Of a DNA stretch of 64,000 nt, positions 51,251-64,000 are shown in pieces. A model generated the notes under the pieces. That model saw only the letters and a program-made list of their open reading frames with translations. It made no database searches and was not told where the DNA came from. The stretch is from Octopus sinensis. Taxonomy: Eukaryota. The position numbers and the translations under genes are program-made. Positions within the stretch are counted from its first letter, which is position 1. Each line of letters opens with the position of its first letter. The DNA is taken from the NCBI RefSeq assembly GCF_006345805.1, contig NC_043001.1:132246001-132310000 (forward strand), given 5' to 3'.

Positions 51251-51637
51251 GTGGAGGCGCAATGGCCCAGTGGTTAGGGCAGCGGACTCGCGGTCATAGG
51301 ATCGCGGTTTCAATTCCCAGACCGGGCATTGTGAGTGTTTATTGAGCGAAAACACCTAAAGCTCCACGAGGCTCCGGCAGGGGTTGGTGGTGATCCCTGC
51401 TGTACTCTTTCACCACAACTTTCTCTCACTCTTACTTCCTGTTTCTGTTGTACCTGTATTTCAAAGGGCCGGCCTTGTCACTCTCTGTGTCACGCTGAAT
51501 ATCCCCGAGAACTACGTTGAGGGTACACGTGTCTGTGGAGTGCTCAGCCACTTACACGTTAATTTCACGAGCAGGCTGTTCCGTTGTTTCGGATCAACCG
51601 GAAACCTCATCGTCGTAACCGACGGAGTGCTTCCATC
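51251..51637 (+). mobile_element. SINE family C, full length
   Basis: TSD atttttggca. Confidence 0.95.
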
Positions 51638-52375
51638 ATTTTTGGCAATATGGTCTTTTAATTCCATTGAGAAATTCTTTCCTTAAGTAAGTCCTTCTAA
51701 AACAATTGCCATAGATTTTAGTTTGCAGTTCAGAAATTGTTGCATACCATATTGGTCTAGAATCTATTCTCTCATCTATAAATATGACCAGTCCATTATA
51801 AGATGGCATTATGCAGACTAAAAAATAAACCTCTTTTTTTTAATATTTGCAAAACATCTGCTTGTAGACTCAAATAGCTAATTATATTTTAGCTCGATCG
51901 TCATTAAGTTCTTGATCACTTTTATCTTTTTTTTTTCTAATAATACTGATAGAACACTCTTTTAATTTGCTTCAGTTACTAATTAAATACTCTTTAAAAT
52001 TGCCATGTACTCAATCTATGATAAGTCAACCAAGCAAATAGTTCAAAAATTCAACTGACCTGCTTAACTACCAAACTCCTCCAAAACCTAACCATAAATC
52101 CTTTCATACAGACTGCATTAAAAAGGCACATCACTTTTATATGACTATCAAAAAAAAAATCGTAAAAAAAGCAAACTGTCATCTGAATTATGGCAATGAC
52201 ATAAAAGTATATTTCTCTTATTTTAGATTAGACTGTTAATTCACTGACTATTAATATGACTTCTTAGCAGATTTACAGACTTTTGTCTCCTATATTTTAG
52301 TTTATTATTATCTCCACTATGTTTAAAAATTATAAAGGAAACAAATGCTATAAACTACAGTGAAATACACACATT

Positions 52376-52384
52376 CTCCCTCTC

Positions 52385-52455
<71 letters not shown>
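52376..52455. repeat. (TC)n microsatellite
   Basis: Directly visible. Confidence 0.95.
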
Positions 52456-52456
<1 letters not shown>

Positions 52457-53020
52457 AAGTTGATTTCACTTTTTGACCATAGATAAGGAATTATTAGTTG
52501 TATGAGAGTCATGAAAATTTGTTCTTCTTATTCTGTATCCACCCTTTTTGTTGCTGGCTTTAAATGTCTAAAGACTGGAATTTTGGATCAACTTATGCAA
52601 TATAGTTTGTTACTCCCAAATATAAATTCTTTTGAGAACTAGACACAGATCTTGCATATATAAATTCTCGTGACATATATTTATCTCATACCATTAACAT
52701 AAAACCTTCTGACTTAGTGAACTTGTAATGTCCAGCTAAATCTTTTTCAAAACTTTGAGCTAAACTCGTTTTTTTATTCTCATCTTCACCATTTTTTCCC
52801 ATCTAAAGCTGTTCAACTAACATAACTAGTAGTTCCTTTTCAAATCTACACCAATGTAGGACGCATATTGCTTATTACTATTTTTGTCTCTCTGCTTACA
52901 AGGTGACGGAGTAGCAAGAATGATAACGTCCATTTGTTTTATATATTCAAATCCAGCTGGCATCAGGGATTTTTTCCACCCCTCTCAAGTCGATGCAGCA
53001 AGTAGCAGGTATGTAGAGAC

Positions 53021-53251
53021 AAGGCGGAGAGCTGGTAGAAACGTTAGCACGTCAGGCGAAATACTTAGCGGTATTTCGTCTGCATTACGTTGTCAGTTCA
53101 AATTCCACCGAGGTCGACTTTGCCTTTCATCCTTTCGGGGTCGATAAATTAAGTACCAGTTACGCTCTGGGGTCAATATAATCGACTTAATCCGTTTGTC
53201 TGTCCTTGTTTGTCCTCTCTGTGTTTAGCCCCTTGTGGGTAGTAAAGAAAT
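53021..53251 (+). mobile_element. SINE family B
   Basis: 14-bp TSD aggtatgtagagac. Confidence 0.94.
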
Positions 53252-53512
53252 AGGTATGTAGAGACTTCCTTCCTCCTCTACAAATGTATAGCATTGTACC
53301 ATAGTTAATGCAGAGCCTGGATAAGAGCAAGAACATATGAGTGATACAAGGAGGACAGACAACTGCATCAGGAAACTGTGGGGAAAGATGACATGTAGCT
53401 AATTTGTTCAGATGAACAAAGATTGTTGTTGTAGGTATAGAAGATAGACAGTGAGGGAACATCACATGCCAATGGGTAGTGTGTCAGTCACTGAGTCTTT
53501 ATCAGTAAGCTG

Positions 53513-53886
53513 ATGGCTCAGTGGTTAGGGCAGCGGACTCGCGGTCGTAGGATTGCGGCTTCGATTCCCAGACCGGGCGTTGTGAGTGTTTATTGAGCGA
53601 AAACACCTAAAGCTCCACGAGGCTCCGGCAGGGGATGGTGGTGATCCCTGCTGTACTCTTTCACCACAACTTTCTCTCACTCTTACTTCCTGTTTCTGTT
53701 GTACCTGTATTTCAAAGGGCCGGCCTTGTCACTCTCTGTGTCACGCTGAATATCCCCGAGAACTACGTTAAGGGTACACGTGTCTGTGGAGTGCTCAGCC
53801 ACTTACACGTTAATTTCACGAGCAGGCTGTTCCGTTGATCAGATCAACCGGAATCCTCATCGTCGTAACCGACGGAGTGCTTCCAC
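53513..53886 (+). mobile_element. SINE family C
   Basis: TSD atcagtaagctg. Confidence 0.94.
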
Positions 53887-54649
53887 ATCAGTAAGCTGGA
53901 TGACCTTTTGGAATCAATCTAAGATGTTTGGGGTTTTTTTCTTTGTATAGCAGTAACACTTCTACCCAAGCAGGAACAGTATTCCATTGTAGGCTTTACT
54001 TCGAATTTTATAGTCGGAAGCTGATCAGAACTGCATTAATTTCTGATAATGCAGATGAAGGTTAACCTTTGAAATACAGTTTTTCATGTTATGTAAATGG
54101 GATTGCCATGTTTATACCAACATTTATCTCCAGCATAGATAAACAACTGCATTTAAGCCACAGTTTCATTCTCAATTAGATGCATTTGATAGAAAATATT
54201 AAACATCCAGTAAATCATAGTCAACTTAGGGTTACACCCATAGAATTATAATCACAGGATTATAATTTTCTGGACCAGTTCTTTGCATATTTACAATATT
54301 CATATCTAGACTACATTTTTGTAAGCTCAGTACCTGACTATGTTATATTTTAGATATATTTATAATAACAAACTTGTTTCAAATTAGAAACTTTCATGGT
54401 AAGAGTTTCTGATTTCAACACAGTCTAAAGACTGAATTATGGTTATTTTTAAAATTATTTTGAAATATTGATTTATTGTCTGTCCACTTTGGTCATTCAT
54501 ATTGTACTAATAATATTGCATTTATTTATTTAACTATTTATTTATTTGAAAGGAAAAGCAGTAATTTCATCTATAATAATAAATGCCAAAACAAATTTGT
54601 GTGTATCAGTGTGTCACACTTTAACTTCCCCCCCTCTCTCAATATTCTT

Positions 54650-54975
54650 CAGGGTGAGGTGAGAGTAATAGTAGGCATAGAGATGGTGAGGGTGGTAATT
54701 GATGGTTGTGATGGTAATGGAGTGATAGTAATAGTATGAGCTGTAGTTGTGAGGGAGGTGGAGGTGACAGTGATGATGATGGTGGTGGTGGTGGTAGTAG
54801 CCAAAACAGTCAGGGATGAAGTTGATAGTAAGCGATGTGAAAGACAGTGGTGATGGTGGTGGAGGGGAAGGCAGCGAAGTCAAAGGTATTGATGGTTGTG
54901 GTGTCAGAAGTCTGAATGGTGTGTGCATGGTAGTTGTAGTGGCGATGGTGGTGGTGGTGATGGTTGTAAACAATC
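54650..54975. repeat. Degenerate (GGT/GAT)n low-complexity tract
   Basis: Directly visible. Confidence 0.85.
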
Positions 54976-55397
54976 AACAGAAAGAGAGAGAGAGAAAGAA
55001 AGAGGTTAGACAGAAAAGAAAATTGTACTGAACCCCAAATGGGAAGACAAAAAAATGTTGTTTATCATGCAGCTTTGCAGTCAAAAAATTATATCATTGT
55101 TTTGATGAAAATTGTTCATTGCTTGAAAAATATCGGTCAAGTATAATAAAATTTAATATATGCTCAATGCATGAAGTGTCATTGTTGGGCCCAAGGAGCA
55201 ACCTTAAAAGCTACCCTACCGGGTGGCTTTTAAGCTAGTTATTTAATAATAGCTGCAGAAATAACTGAATCCCCAAAAGGGTCAGCCACTGATATGACTG
55301 CTTGGTAAAGTAATTATCTCTCATCATGTGGTCAATAAAATGTTTAGTGAAATAAAACCAGTTCTAAATTGGTCAAAGGATAAAGAATATTTTTTTA

Positions 55398-55704
55398 TCT
55401 ATGCACCCTTTTCAAGCCTAGCCAGGCTCATGGGCCCAGTTTCCTGCTTTCTGTGGCATATGTGTTCCCCCCAGCTGGACGAGATGCCAGTCCATTGCAG
55501 CATTACTCAAGAAACAGGAAGAAAGTGTGAGAGAAAGTTGGGGTGAAAAAGTACAACAGGGGTCACCACCACCCCCAGCCAGATCCTCGTGGAGCTTTAG
55601 GTGTTTTCACTCAATAAACACACACAACGCCCGGTCTGGGAATCAAAACCACGGTCCTCCGACCACGAGTCTGCTGCCCTAACCACTGGGCCATTGCACC
55701 TCCA
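55398..55704 (-). mobile_element. SINE with family C head and body but a different 3' tail
   Basis: 55511-55704 matches family C; 55398-55510 is unrelated to the C tail. Confidence 0.8.
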
Positions 55705-57470
55705 AAGAATATTTACCATGCGTTTTTGTTTTGTTTTTTTTTGCAGGGTTTCAGAGATATTGGAAAGGGGAAGAAGAAAAACAACCACAACACCTAGCCT
55801 AAAGGTTTGCAACAGAGTGGAACCTGCTGGAAATGCTGAAAAGTGTTATTAAACCAGATGACAGATGAAGTCTCTAACCTAATCATTTAAACTATTGATT
55901 AACTCTAAGTGTAAACATAGACAAAGCACATTGTTCACACCACTTCATTTAGTTTACTTAGGTGAAATTAGGCACTGTTTCCATATTACATGAAAAGCAT
56001 ATTAAAATTTGCCAACCCAACCTTTGTATATCGACATGGAAAAAAAAGAAGCAATTTAAAATTTAAAAAGGAATTTAAAAAAAAACAGTTCTACCAAATT
56101 CGTCTCCATTTTATAAAGCCTTTAACAGTTGAATGCTTTCAAAATCTAGAGAGAAATTAGATAAGTTTGATAAGTTGATTGTTTAATATAGCTTAAAATA
56201 CTTTAATCAAAACAATTCTAATGTAGATCCTGTTTTTCTATATCATCTCTGCTTATCTTATTGCTGATCTTCAACCCAGATAACCTAGAAAATCATAAAA
56301 CCTCAGCTAACATACTATTTGAAGTAGATCTGAAGCATTTATAATTTTAACTTGGCTGACCTGTTACACAACCATGTGTAATGAAGCAAGATTTAAGTTA
56401 GTTGCTAACAGTTAATATCTCCCATAAATAATAGGTAAGCTCTCTTGTGATGCATATCATTATATTTTTTAAATGTAAAGATAAATTAATATTTTATGAT
56501 TTTCCCCTGGCTTATATCAATAATTTATTCACAAAAATTATAGACTGTTCTTTGAAGTACATTTATAGATCAATGAAGATTGACTGTAAATTCAATTTTT
56601 ATCAGCTATGTCTAATTTTACAAACACGATAATGCAAGCAATAATAAAAATAATAAAAACAAAAACAAAATTGTTGATTCTTCTCCCTGCTTCTCTTTTG
56701 GCCCCACCCCTCTATATATACATGTCACTATCATTTTAAACTTTTAAGACTCTTTTAGTTTTATATCACATTTGTAAAATATATGGCCCAGGCAGTTTAT
56801 ATTTTACACTCCAGCACAAAGTGTATGGCTTAATTGATCTAAAAGCACTTGATTCATAACGTCAGTAGACTTCAAATCTTGAAGATAAATTATAGGAAAT
56901 ATTCATAAATTAAAAAGACAAGTCAAAATGAAAGTTTTCAATTATCTTCAGTGTTTCCGATATATTTTTATAAAGTCTAAGCATTGAAGCATACTTGCAG
57001 TGACTACACCGTTTGTAATTTAGGGGATTTAATATTTCTATATTTCATGAATAGATTTCTATCATCGCAGCCATTGTATATTTGTTCATTCACTTTTTCA
57101 TCTTTTCTCCATGATGGCATGGTTCAGACAAATACATATAACCAAGCTATTGTTTCCCAGCCAAATGCACTTCATGTCGCTAACTTTTACATGTGTTTCA
57201 AATAAGGGAATTTTCAATCCATTCTCCTCCAAAAGAGGAGCAGTATCAGATGATTTGTTCACAGGGAAAGACCAACAAATATCATCATACACAGGTCAGC
57301 AATTTTCATACAAATTGCAGAATGTAAGCATTCCCTAGGACAGACACACATACACACACACACACATACACATGCACACACACACTCACACACATAGTTT
57401 ACTGTTCTGCTATAGATAGGATCAACAAAAATGTAGTCCATCCAGTGAGAGATAAATATCATTTATATCT

Positions 57471-57702
57471 ACTTCTTTATTACCCACAAGGGGCTAAACA
57501 CAGAGGGGACAAACAAAGACAGACATAGGTATTAAGTCGATTACATCGACCCCAGTGCGTAACTGGTACTTAATTTATCGACCCCGAAAGGATGGAAGGC
57601 AAAGTCGACCTCAGCGGAATTTGAACTCACAACGTAACGGCAGCCGAAATACCGCTAAGCATTTCGCCCGACGTGCTAACGTTTCTGCCAGCTCGCCGCC
57701 TT
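57471..57702 (-). mobile_element. SINE family B
   Basis: Duplicated flank taaatatcattt(a/g)tatc. Confidence 0.94.
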
Positions 57703-57929
57703 AGTGTAAATATCATTTGTATCATTTAATATACATCTATGCCAGGAAAACATAATAATTTAGTAGATTTATATACCATACCTTGTGTCTCTAAGCAATC
57801 CTAGCTTGAAGAAATTATTGACTTTCCATGGCATAAAACTCATATTTAAATACTGAATATGTTAAATGTTATATATCCCTCTCTCTCTGTTGGAGAGGCA
57901 CTGAGCAGCTATACACACACATACACACA

Positions 57930-58080
57930 CGGCAGTAACTTCCACATACCGAATTCAATCACAAAGCTCCGGTCGGCTCGGGGCTATAGTGGAAGACACC
58001 TACCCAAAGTGCCATGCAGTGGGACTGAACCCGAAACCATGTAGCTGGGAGGCAAGCTCCCTAACCACACAGCCATGCCT
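57930..58080 (-). mobile_element. SINE A head fragment
   Basis: Matches the 5' half of family A. Confidence 0.85.
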
Positions 58081-58091
58081 ATATATATATA

Positions 58092-59000
58092 TATAAGGTC
58101 TGATCCAATAAGTATTGGGACTGGTGCTATAAAAACAAAACTACAACACATACCAATTTGGCATTTAAACTCCTTCAAAGTAGTCCCCTTTGGAAGTCAC
58201 ACACAATCCAGCGCTGTTTTCATAGATGGAGGCATTCCTGGAGCTCGTTTTCTGGGATGATCAGCAGCTGCCTCGTCACATTGACATTGATTTCCTTGAT
58301 GTCCTGAAATCTTTTTCCTTTCAAGTGGGATTTGATTTTTGGAAAGTGGAAAACGTTGCAAGGGGCAAGATCTGAGGAATGCGGTGGCTGTTGGCCTTAG
58401 GAAATGCTGCACCTAGCCAAAAGCTGTTACACAAGCTGCACTGAATGGGCAGGTGTGTTGTCAGGTGAAAACAGTTTTGGCACAAACTTGGCAAGCATGG
58501 ATCTCTTACTCAAATCTTCAGTGATAATGGACTGAACTGAACTGTAACAAATCTGCACATCCTCTGATAACTCATGGATAGATGGGGATTTGATGATTTC
58601 CCCTCACAGCTGCACACACATCTGTGATATTTTTCTCAGTTCTGCTGGTTGCAGGTCTTCCAGAATGTTTATCACTATCGATATTTTTTAGGCTCATACA
58701 CTTTTCTCCATACATTTTCTGCAACTTTGCATAGGCCTCTGAGCAGGCATCACCAAGCTTTTGGCAAAATTTGATGCAGATTTTCTGCTCAAATTTCTCT
58801 GTCATGGTCAATGCAATGATCACACACTACACATGTTCCTTCCAAGCACTGCTTTAAACAGCAGAAGTAAGCTATAATGTTAAAACTTAGTGCACATGCA
58901 TAGCAGAGTTCACGGTTTAATCTGTGCCAAGCAGCTACTCTGCATGCTTAAGCTTCATTTCTATGGCAACAGTCTGGATACTTATTGATCAGAATGCGTA
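58092..59000 (-). mobile_element. Internally deleted mariner transposon (transposase pseudogene)
   Basis: ~30-bp TIRs (tctgat(c)caataagtat..gactg) in TA runs; HTH EQKICIKFCQKLG..SGRP; SDLAPCNVFHFPKIKSHLKGKRF (YSPDLAP motif). Confidence 0.92.
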
Positions 59001-59044
59001 TATATATATATAATATATATATATATATATACATATATATATGC

Positions 59045-59106
<62 letters not shown>

Positions 59107-60895
59107 GTATATATATATAAATCCCAAAAATAGAATAAGAACATAATGGATGAAAAGCATATGGACAGATAGATGATACAATGGACAGGAAAAACCAGGA
59201 TGGATCATTTGTGGCCTTCTGTTCATCAGTCAAGTTTCCAATTATCATTCCAGTTTCAGCTTGTTACACTTGAGATTGTTCAAACTTGGTAGGCCCAAAA
59301 AATCTAAGCTAAGAGCATCAAGTTTTTGGAAGAAAGTAAGCGAATGTATATGACAACATAGACAAAAATAAATGAGAAAATAGAGAAAATGTTACATGAT
59401 TACAAATACAAACAACACAAGAATAACAACAGGTGTCTTTCGACTAAAAAGAACAAGTTAAGTTGAGCTGGTGTGTGGAGTAAAAGCCTTGTGGCACAAC
59501 ATGATGAAAGTCAGAAGACAGGAAAATAAGGTGTTGTACGGGTGGCAGATGGATATATATATATATATATAAAATAATAATAAAATATATATATATACAT
59601 ATATATATATATAATATATATATATATTTAAAAATTTATAAGTATAAATTATTAATTTAAATAATTTTTTCAATTTTAACTTTATTTTAAATATTTTAAA
59701 TTTTGAATTTTATATTTTATATATTTTTTATTAATTAATTTTATTTCTATGTATTGGTTTATGACTTTCACTGTTTGATTTGCCTAATAGTGGTTTTATC
59801 TCTAATTTAATATAATATATATATATATATATATATAATATATATATACACACACACACAACACACACACACACACACACACACACATGCACATTCTTTT
59901 ATGTGTTTCAGCATAAATGGAATTTATACAAATTTTGTCTACCAGATTTACTCAAAAGTCATTGGTCAACTTGGGCCTGTTGTAAAAGCCACCTGTCCAA
60001 GATCCCACCTCAAACAGCACCTCAAATCACAGTGCTCTCAATCACTGGCAGTCCCATACCAGTCCCTCTGCATCCTGCCTTCTCTCCAAATAAGGTAACA
60101 TCTCTCAGATCACATTCTAAAAGATTTCCACGATAATTCTTCCCTAGGACAGTATGTATGAAGACAACTTCAGTCACCCTCTTTTTCTTCTTTGTCTATT
60201 GATATGTGACAATTCAAACTGAACATTAACTGCCTTAATCTAATAAAACATCCTGAACAGTTTTGGGCACCAGTATCTCTGATCATACTAACTAATAAAT
60301 GTGAATGAAATGTAAATCATGTGAAATGCTAATTAAAAGATAGCAAAATAAAGATTATATAATCATATAATTATAATGAGAAGTGATTAATTACATAATT
60401 AGCTTTAGAGTATTTAGCTTTTGGAATTTTCTTAATATAAATTTGTGGCTAAATTCAGTAATATATGAATAAGAAAGAGACAGATGTTGATCATATGGTG
60501 ATTACTTTTATCACCAATTATATCACCATCATGACCACAACCACAAGCACTATCACAACCAGCACCATCTCAACAACAACAGCCATTGCCATAATAAATT
60601 TTCTATTTGCAGGTTACCCTCCTGGTTAATAACATTTGTCTTCCCAAATGAAATAGTTTCCTTAATTAACTAAGGAAGCTTCATAAATACCTTTTTCTGT
60701 GCTTTTCCAAGTTTTTTGGTTACTGCCCTTAGTTCATCATGAATGTTTTCATATATGTCAATCATAATATAATCGTCATCCATGTTTGCTACAGCCTCTG
60801 AAATAGATTTCATTGATGATTACATATATATATATATATATATATTAGCATACATATATACAACATACATATATACATATATATACACACATATA

Positions 60896-60988
<93 letters not shown>

Positions 60989-61210
60989 CACACATATGTA
61001 CAACATATATATATTATATATATATATATAGCATGCATATGTACAACATATATATATATATATAATATAAGTACATATATATATATATAAGTAATATTCA
61101 TAGCCATTTAAACATGGCTGTCCATTCGAAGTGACTACAAATATTGTCAGTACAACTACTGCATTGATCTCTTAAAGAGATTTTACAACTAGCATTTTTG
61201 CTTGTTATAC

Positions 61211-61244
<34 letters not shown>

Positions 61245-61338
61245 AGCAGATATAACACACATGCATATATACATACATACATATATATAGACGCACACAC
61301 ACATATATATATATATCATATATATATATATATAATAT

Positions 61339-61381
<43 letters not shown>

Positions 61382-62179
61382 CTTGGTAATTTCAAATATA
61401 GATTTGCAGATAGACAAAACTCAGTAGAGCATGAATACCTTAAGATAAAGGTAATACAAGGAATATTTTATGAGAATAGACCTGGAATTGGTTGAATATG
61501 AGTAAAATAAAGAAAATAAGGTATATGGGTATCAATAAATAGAAATAGTTCATGATGGTGAAGCTGACAATACACGAATACATACATATATACATATACA
61601 CACACAGCACACACACATGCACACCACACACACACACACACACACATGCACACACACCATCATCATCATCATCATCATCATTTTTAAGTCCACATTTCCA
61701 TGCTAATATGGACTGAATTGAACAGGTCCTTTCCAATACAGCACCTCAGCATTCGTAGCATTCCTTATATTCTTATCAAATGAGATATAATTCCAAAAAT
61801 TAAGGAAGGATTTTCTAAGTCATTCAAAGTTCAATACCAAGTTATTAATAATTGTGAAAAGACATTTTGGTACAATCTTCTGTTTATGTTTGGGAACATA
61901 TTCAGATCCCTGAACTACAATACTGATTTGTTAAATCCTAATCAGTTCCCAGTAGTTGTGATGTAACTGTAGATTAAATGATAGATGTCTGTTAAAAGGA
62001 AATGATCAGTGTATGCCTGTAGTTTATAAATGCACAGTAAGAAATCAACTATAATTAAATATTATATAGAGTACATAGCAACTTTTTATGAAAATTATAT
62101 TTTACTAGCAATGCACTCCAGCATTACCCAAGTGTTACGACCTTCAGCCACATTGTATTATATACATACATATATACAT

Positions 62180-62214
<35 letters not shown>

Positions 62215-62402
62215 CTCAATTTTTGAGTCAAGTGGAATGTATGCACCACACACAATGCACTCCAGCATTGCCCAAGATCATTGGTGATAATAACACCACA
62301 ACCAACTGATATTCCAGTATGTGTCTGATACGGAAAAATTGATTTGAAATTGTACCAATCAGTGAACACAGTGTGCATCCTGACCAATGAAAGGACACGT
62401 AC

Positions 62403-62517
62403 TGTGGGTGGGGGTGGACTCAGTGTGTATGTGACCTTAATTTGCTCTTGCATAGATGCACGATGTTGTTATTGTCTTCTCCATCACACCACCCATGTTA
62501 TAGTACACGCTCAACCA
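62403..62517 (-). CDS. Candidate 5' exon, 115 nt: UTR plus start, MQEQIKVTYTLSPPPPT (ATG at 62453, phase 0 end)
   Basis: Acceptor ctccctatttttcacag|, donor aca|gtacgt. All through-frames are closed, so it is coding only from an internal ATG. Confidence 0.35.
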
Positions 62518-64000
62518 CTGTGAAAAATAGGGAGATTATAGCAAAATCCTTACAAACATTGTGGCTCATGGAATAAATATATTTCTTTATTATTAATTTG
62601 GCAATCCATGTGCAAACCGTTTTCTGTAACGGTGAGTTCTAATACCAATTAACTTTACTTGTGTAAGTAGTTTTTTTCTTTAAGGCTCTACCTGTTAATA
62701 ATTTGATTTTGTAATCCTTTATTTTCTCCAATTGCCTTTCAAGCCATTTAATTTAATTCATTTATACTTTTTATTAAGATAGCCTTACAACATGGTTCTT
62801 ACATCATTGCCACTTGTCCTATATCACTGTGGTGCTTACATACTGCCACTTGTGAACATGATATAATTATCTGAACTAGTAAATTATAAACCTTTAAGTA
62901 TTTTGTATTTTAACAAATTTCATATTCTGTAAGGTCATAAGGTTTAAGGTTTTCGGGTACTCATCAGTAAAATGTAGTGAGTTAAGCAATAACAATCTAC
63001 TGTTTTATCTAAGATGCTACAGGCATGCTTTCAGGACCAGATTTTATGAGTGGTGACTTCAGTTAAACTGCTTAGTATTACTGCTTCACTTTAGTATTAA
63101 AGGAAGCTATTGCAATTCAATATTACGGATTATCATGTAATTTCATTGACTTCACATCATCGTAGCTAGCACTAAATCCATAGTTGATCATTTTATATGA
63201 ATGAACGTTAATGTTTTATATAAAATAATGCTGAAATTAATTTTCAAAATAATCATGAAATCAGTTAGAAATAATTAATTATAAACTAATATCAGTCTCT
63301 AATGAAATTTTATCAATTCAGACCAATTTTGAATAAAAAGACTAGATTGCTACACAATTCTTTGATGTTATTCAAATTAGCTTAATCCACATCTCAAATC
63401 GGTTAAGGAATTGACATTTATTCATTTACCATGTCTCAGTAATACCTTCATGATTACTGGACCAATTAGTATGTCTTTTAGTCACTTCTCCAGTTTCATA
63501 AGAAAATGTAAAGGTCAGCCAATAAATAAAGAGAAATTTTCAGTGAAATATATTTGAGAATCTCAAAGATTCATTAATAAAATTTCTTTCAAACAGTCCA
63601 GGTTCTATAAAAGGCACTTTTTTTTTTTGACATTTCTTATTTGGTCTGATTGCCTATTGCTTAGATTCATTTATTCTTCATCTATTTATGATTTTCATAT
63701 TAATGAAACCTAGTCAGAAGTAATGTATCTAATTTAAGATTTCTATTTTAATGAGACTTCTTATTCTTCCATAAAATGCACATATAACCTATTTGGCATA
63801 TTAAAACAGAAACTTTAGAGAAAGTATGTGTATTTCCACAGAATTCTCCTTGTCCATCACCACAAGTATTAACAAAATAACAAAATGTTTACATGATCAC
63901 CTAACCTCCTCAATATACTTTCATACTGTACAATGACTTCTGGTGTTGCACTTTACTAAACTGAATCTCAAAATAATTATGCTATTAGAATTGTGGATTC

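Overview
AT-rich eukaryotic, almost entirely non-coding DNA with extreme microsatellite density ((TA)n, (CA)n, (GATA)n, (TACA)n, (AAAG)n). The repeat content looks like a coleoid cephalopod, probably Octopus (inference from recalled SINE sequences and microsatellite load). No long genuine ORF exists: nearly all supplied ORFs are microsatellite or SINE artefacts. The window holds at least 5 SINE families (labelled A-E here), TTAA-flanked piggyBac-type MITEs, a hAT-type MITE, two non-autonomous Helitrons, a decayed mariner, and LINE fragments (R4/Dong-like, RTE, L1/Tx1-like, CR1/L2-like). It also holds Penelope-like pieces with hammerhead-ribozyme motifs. Unique DNA looks A-rich on +, and the best splice-site pairs are on -, so the window is probably mostly large introns of an unidentified minus-strand gene with a few small candidate exons (62403-62517, 47120-47161, 34216-34248, 20657-20779, 4786-4909, 3459-3639). 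Most interesting leads: a near-canonical minimal hammerhead ribozyme; a candidate 33-nt microexon with both splice sites buried in hairpins; an exonic hairpin with an ideal ADAR site predicting Arg>Gly recoding; a candidate recursive splice site; a SINE sharing its 3' tail with a Tx1/L1-like LINE; and several long inverted repeats. All exon and RNA-structure calls are by eye and unvalidated.
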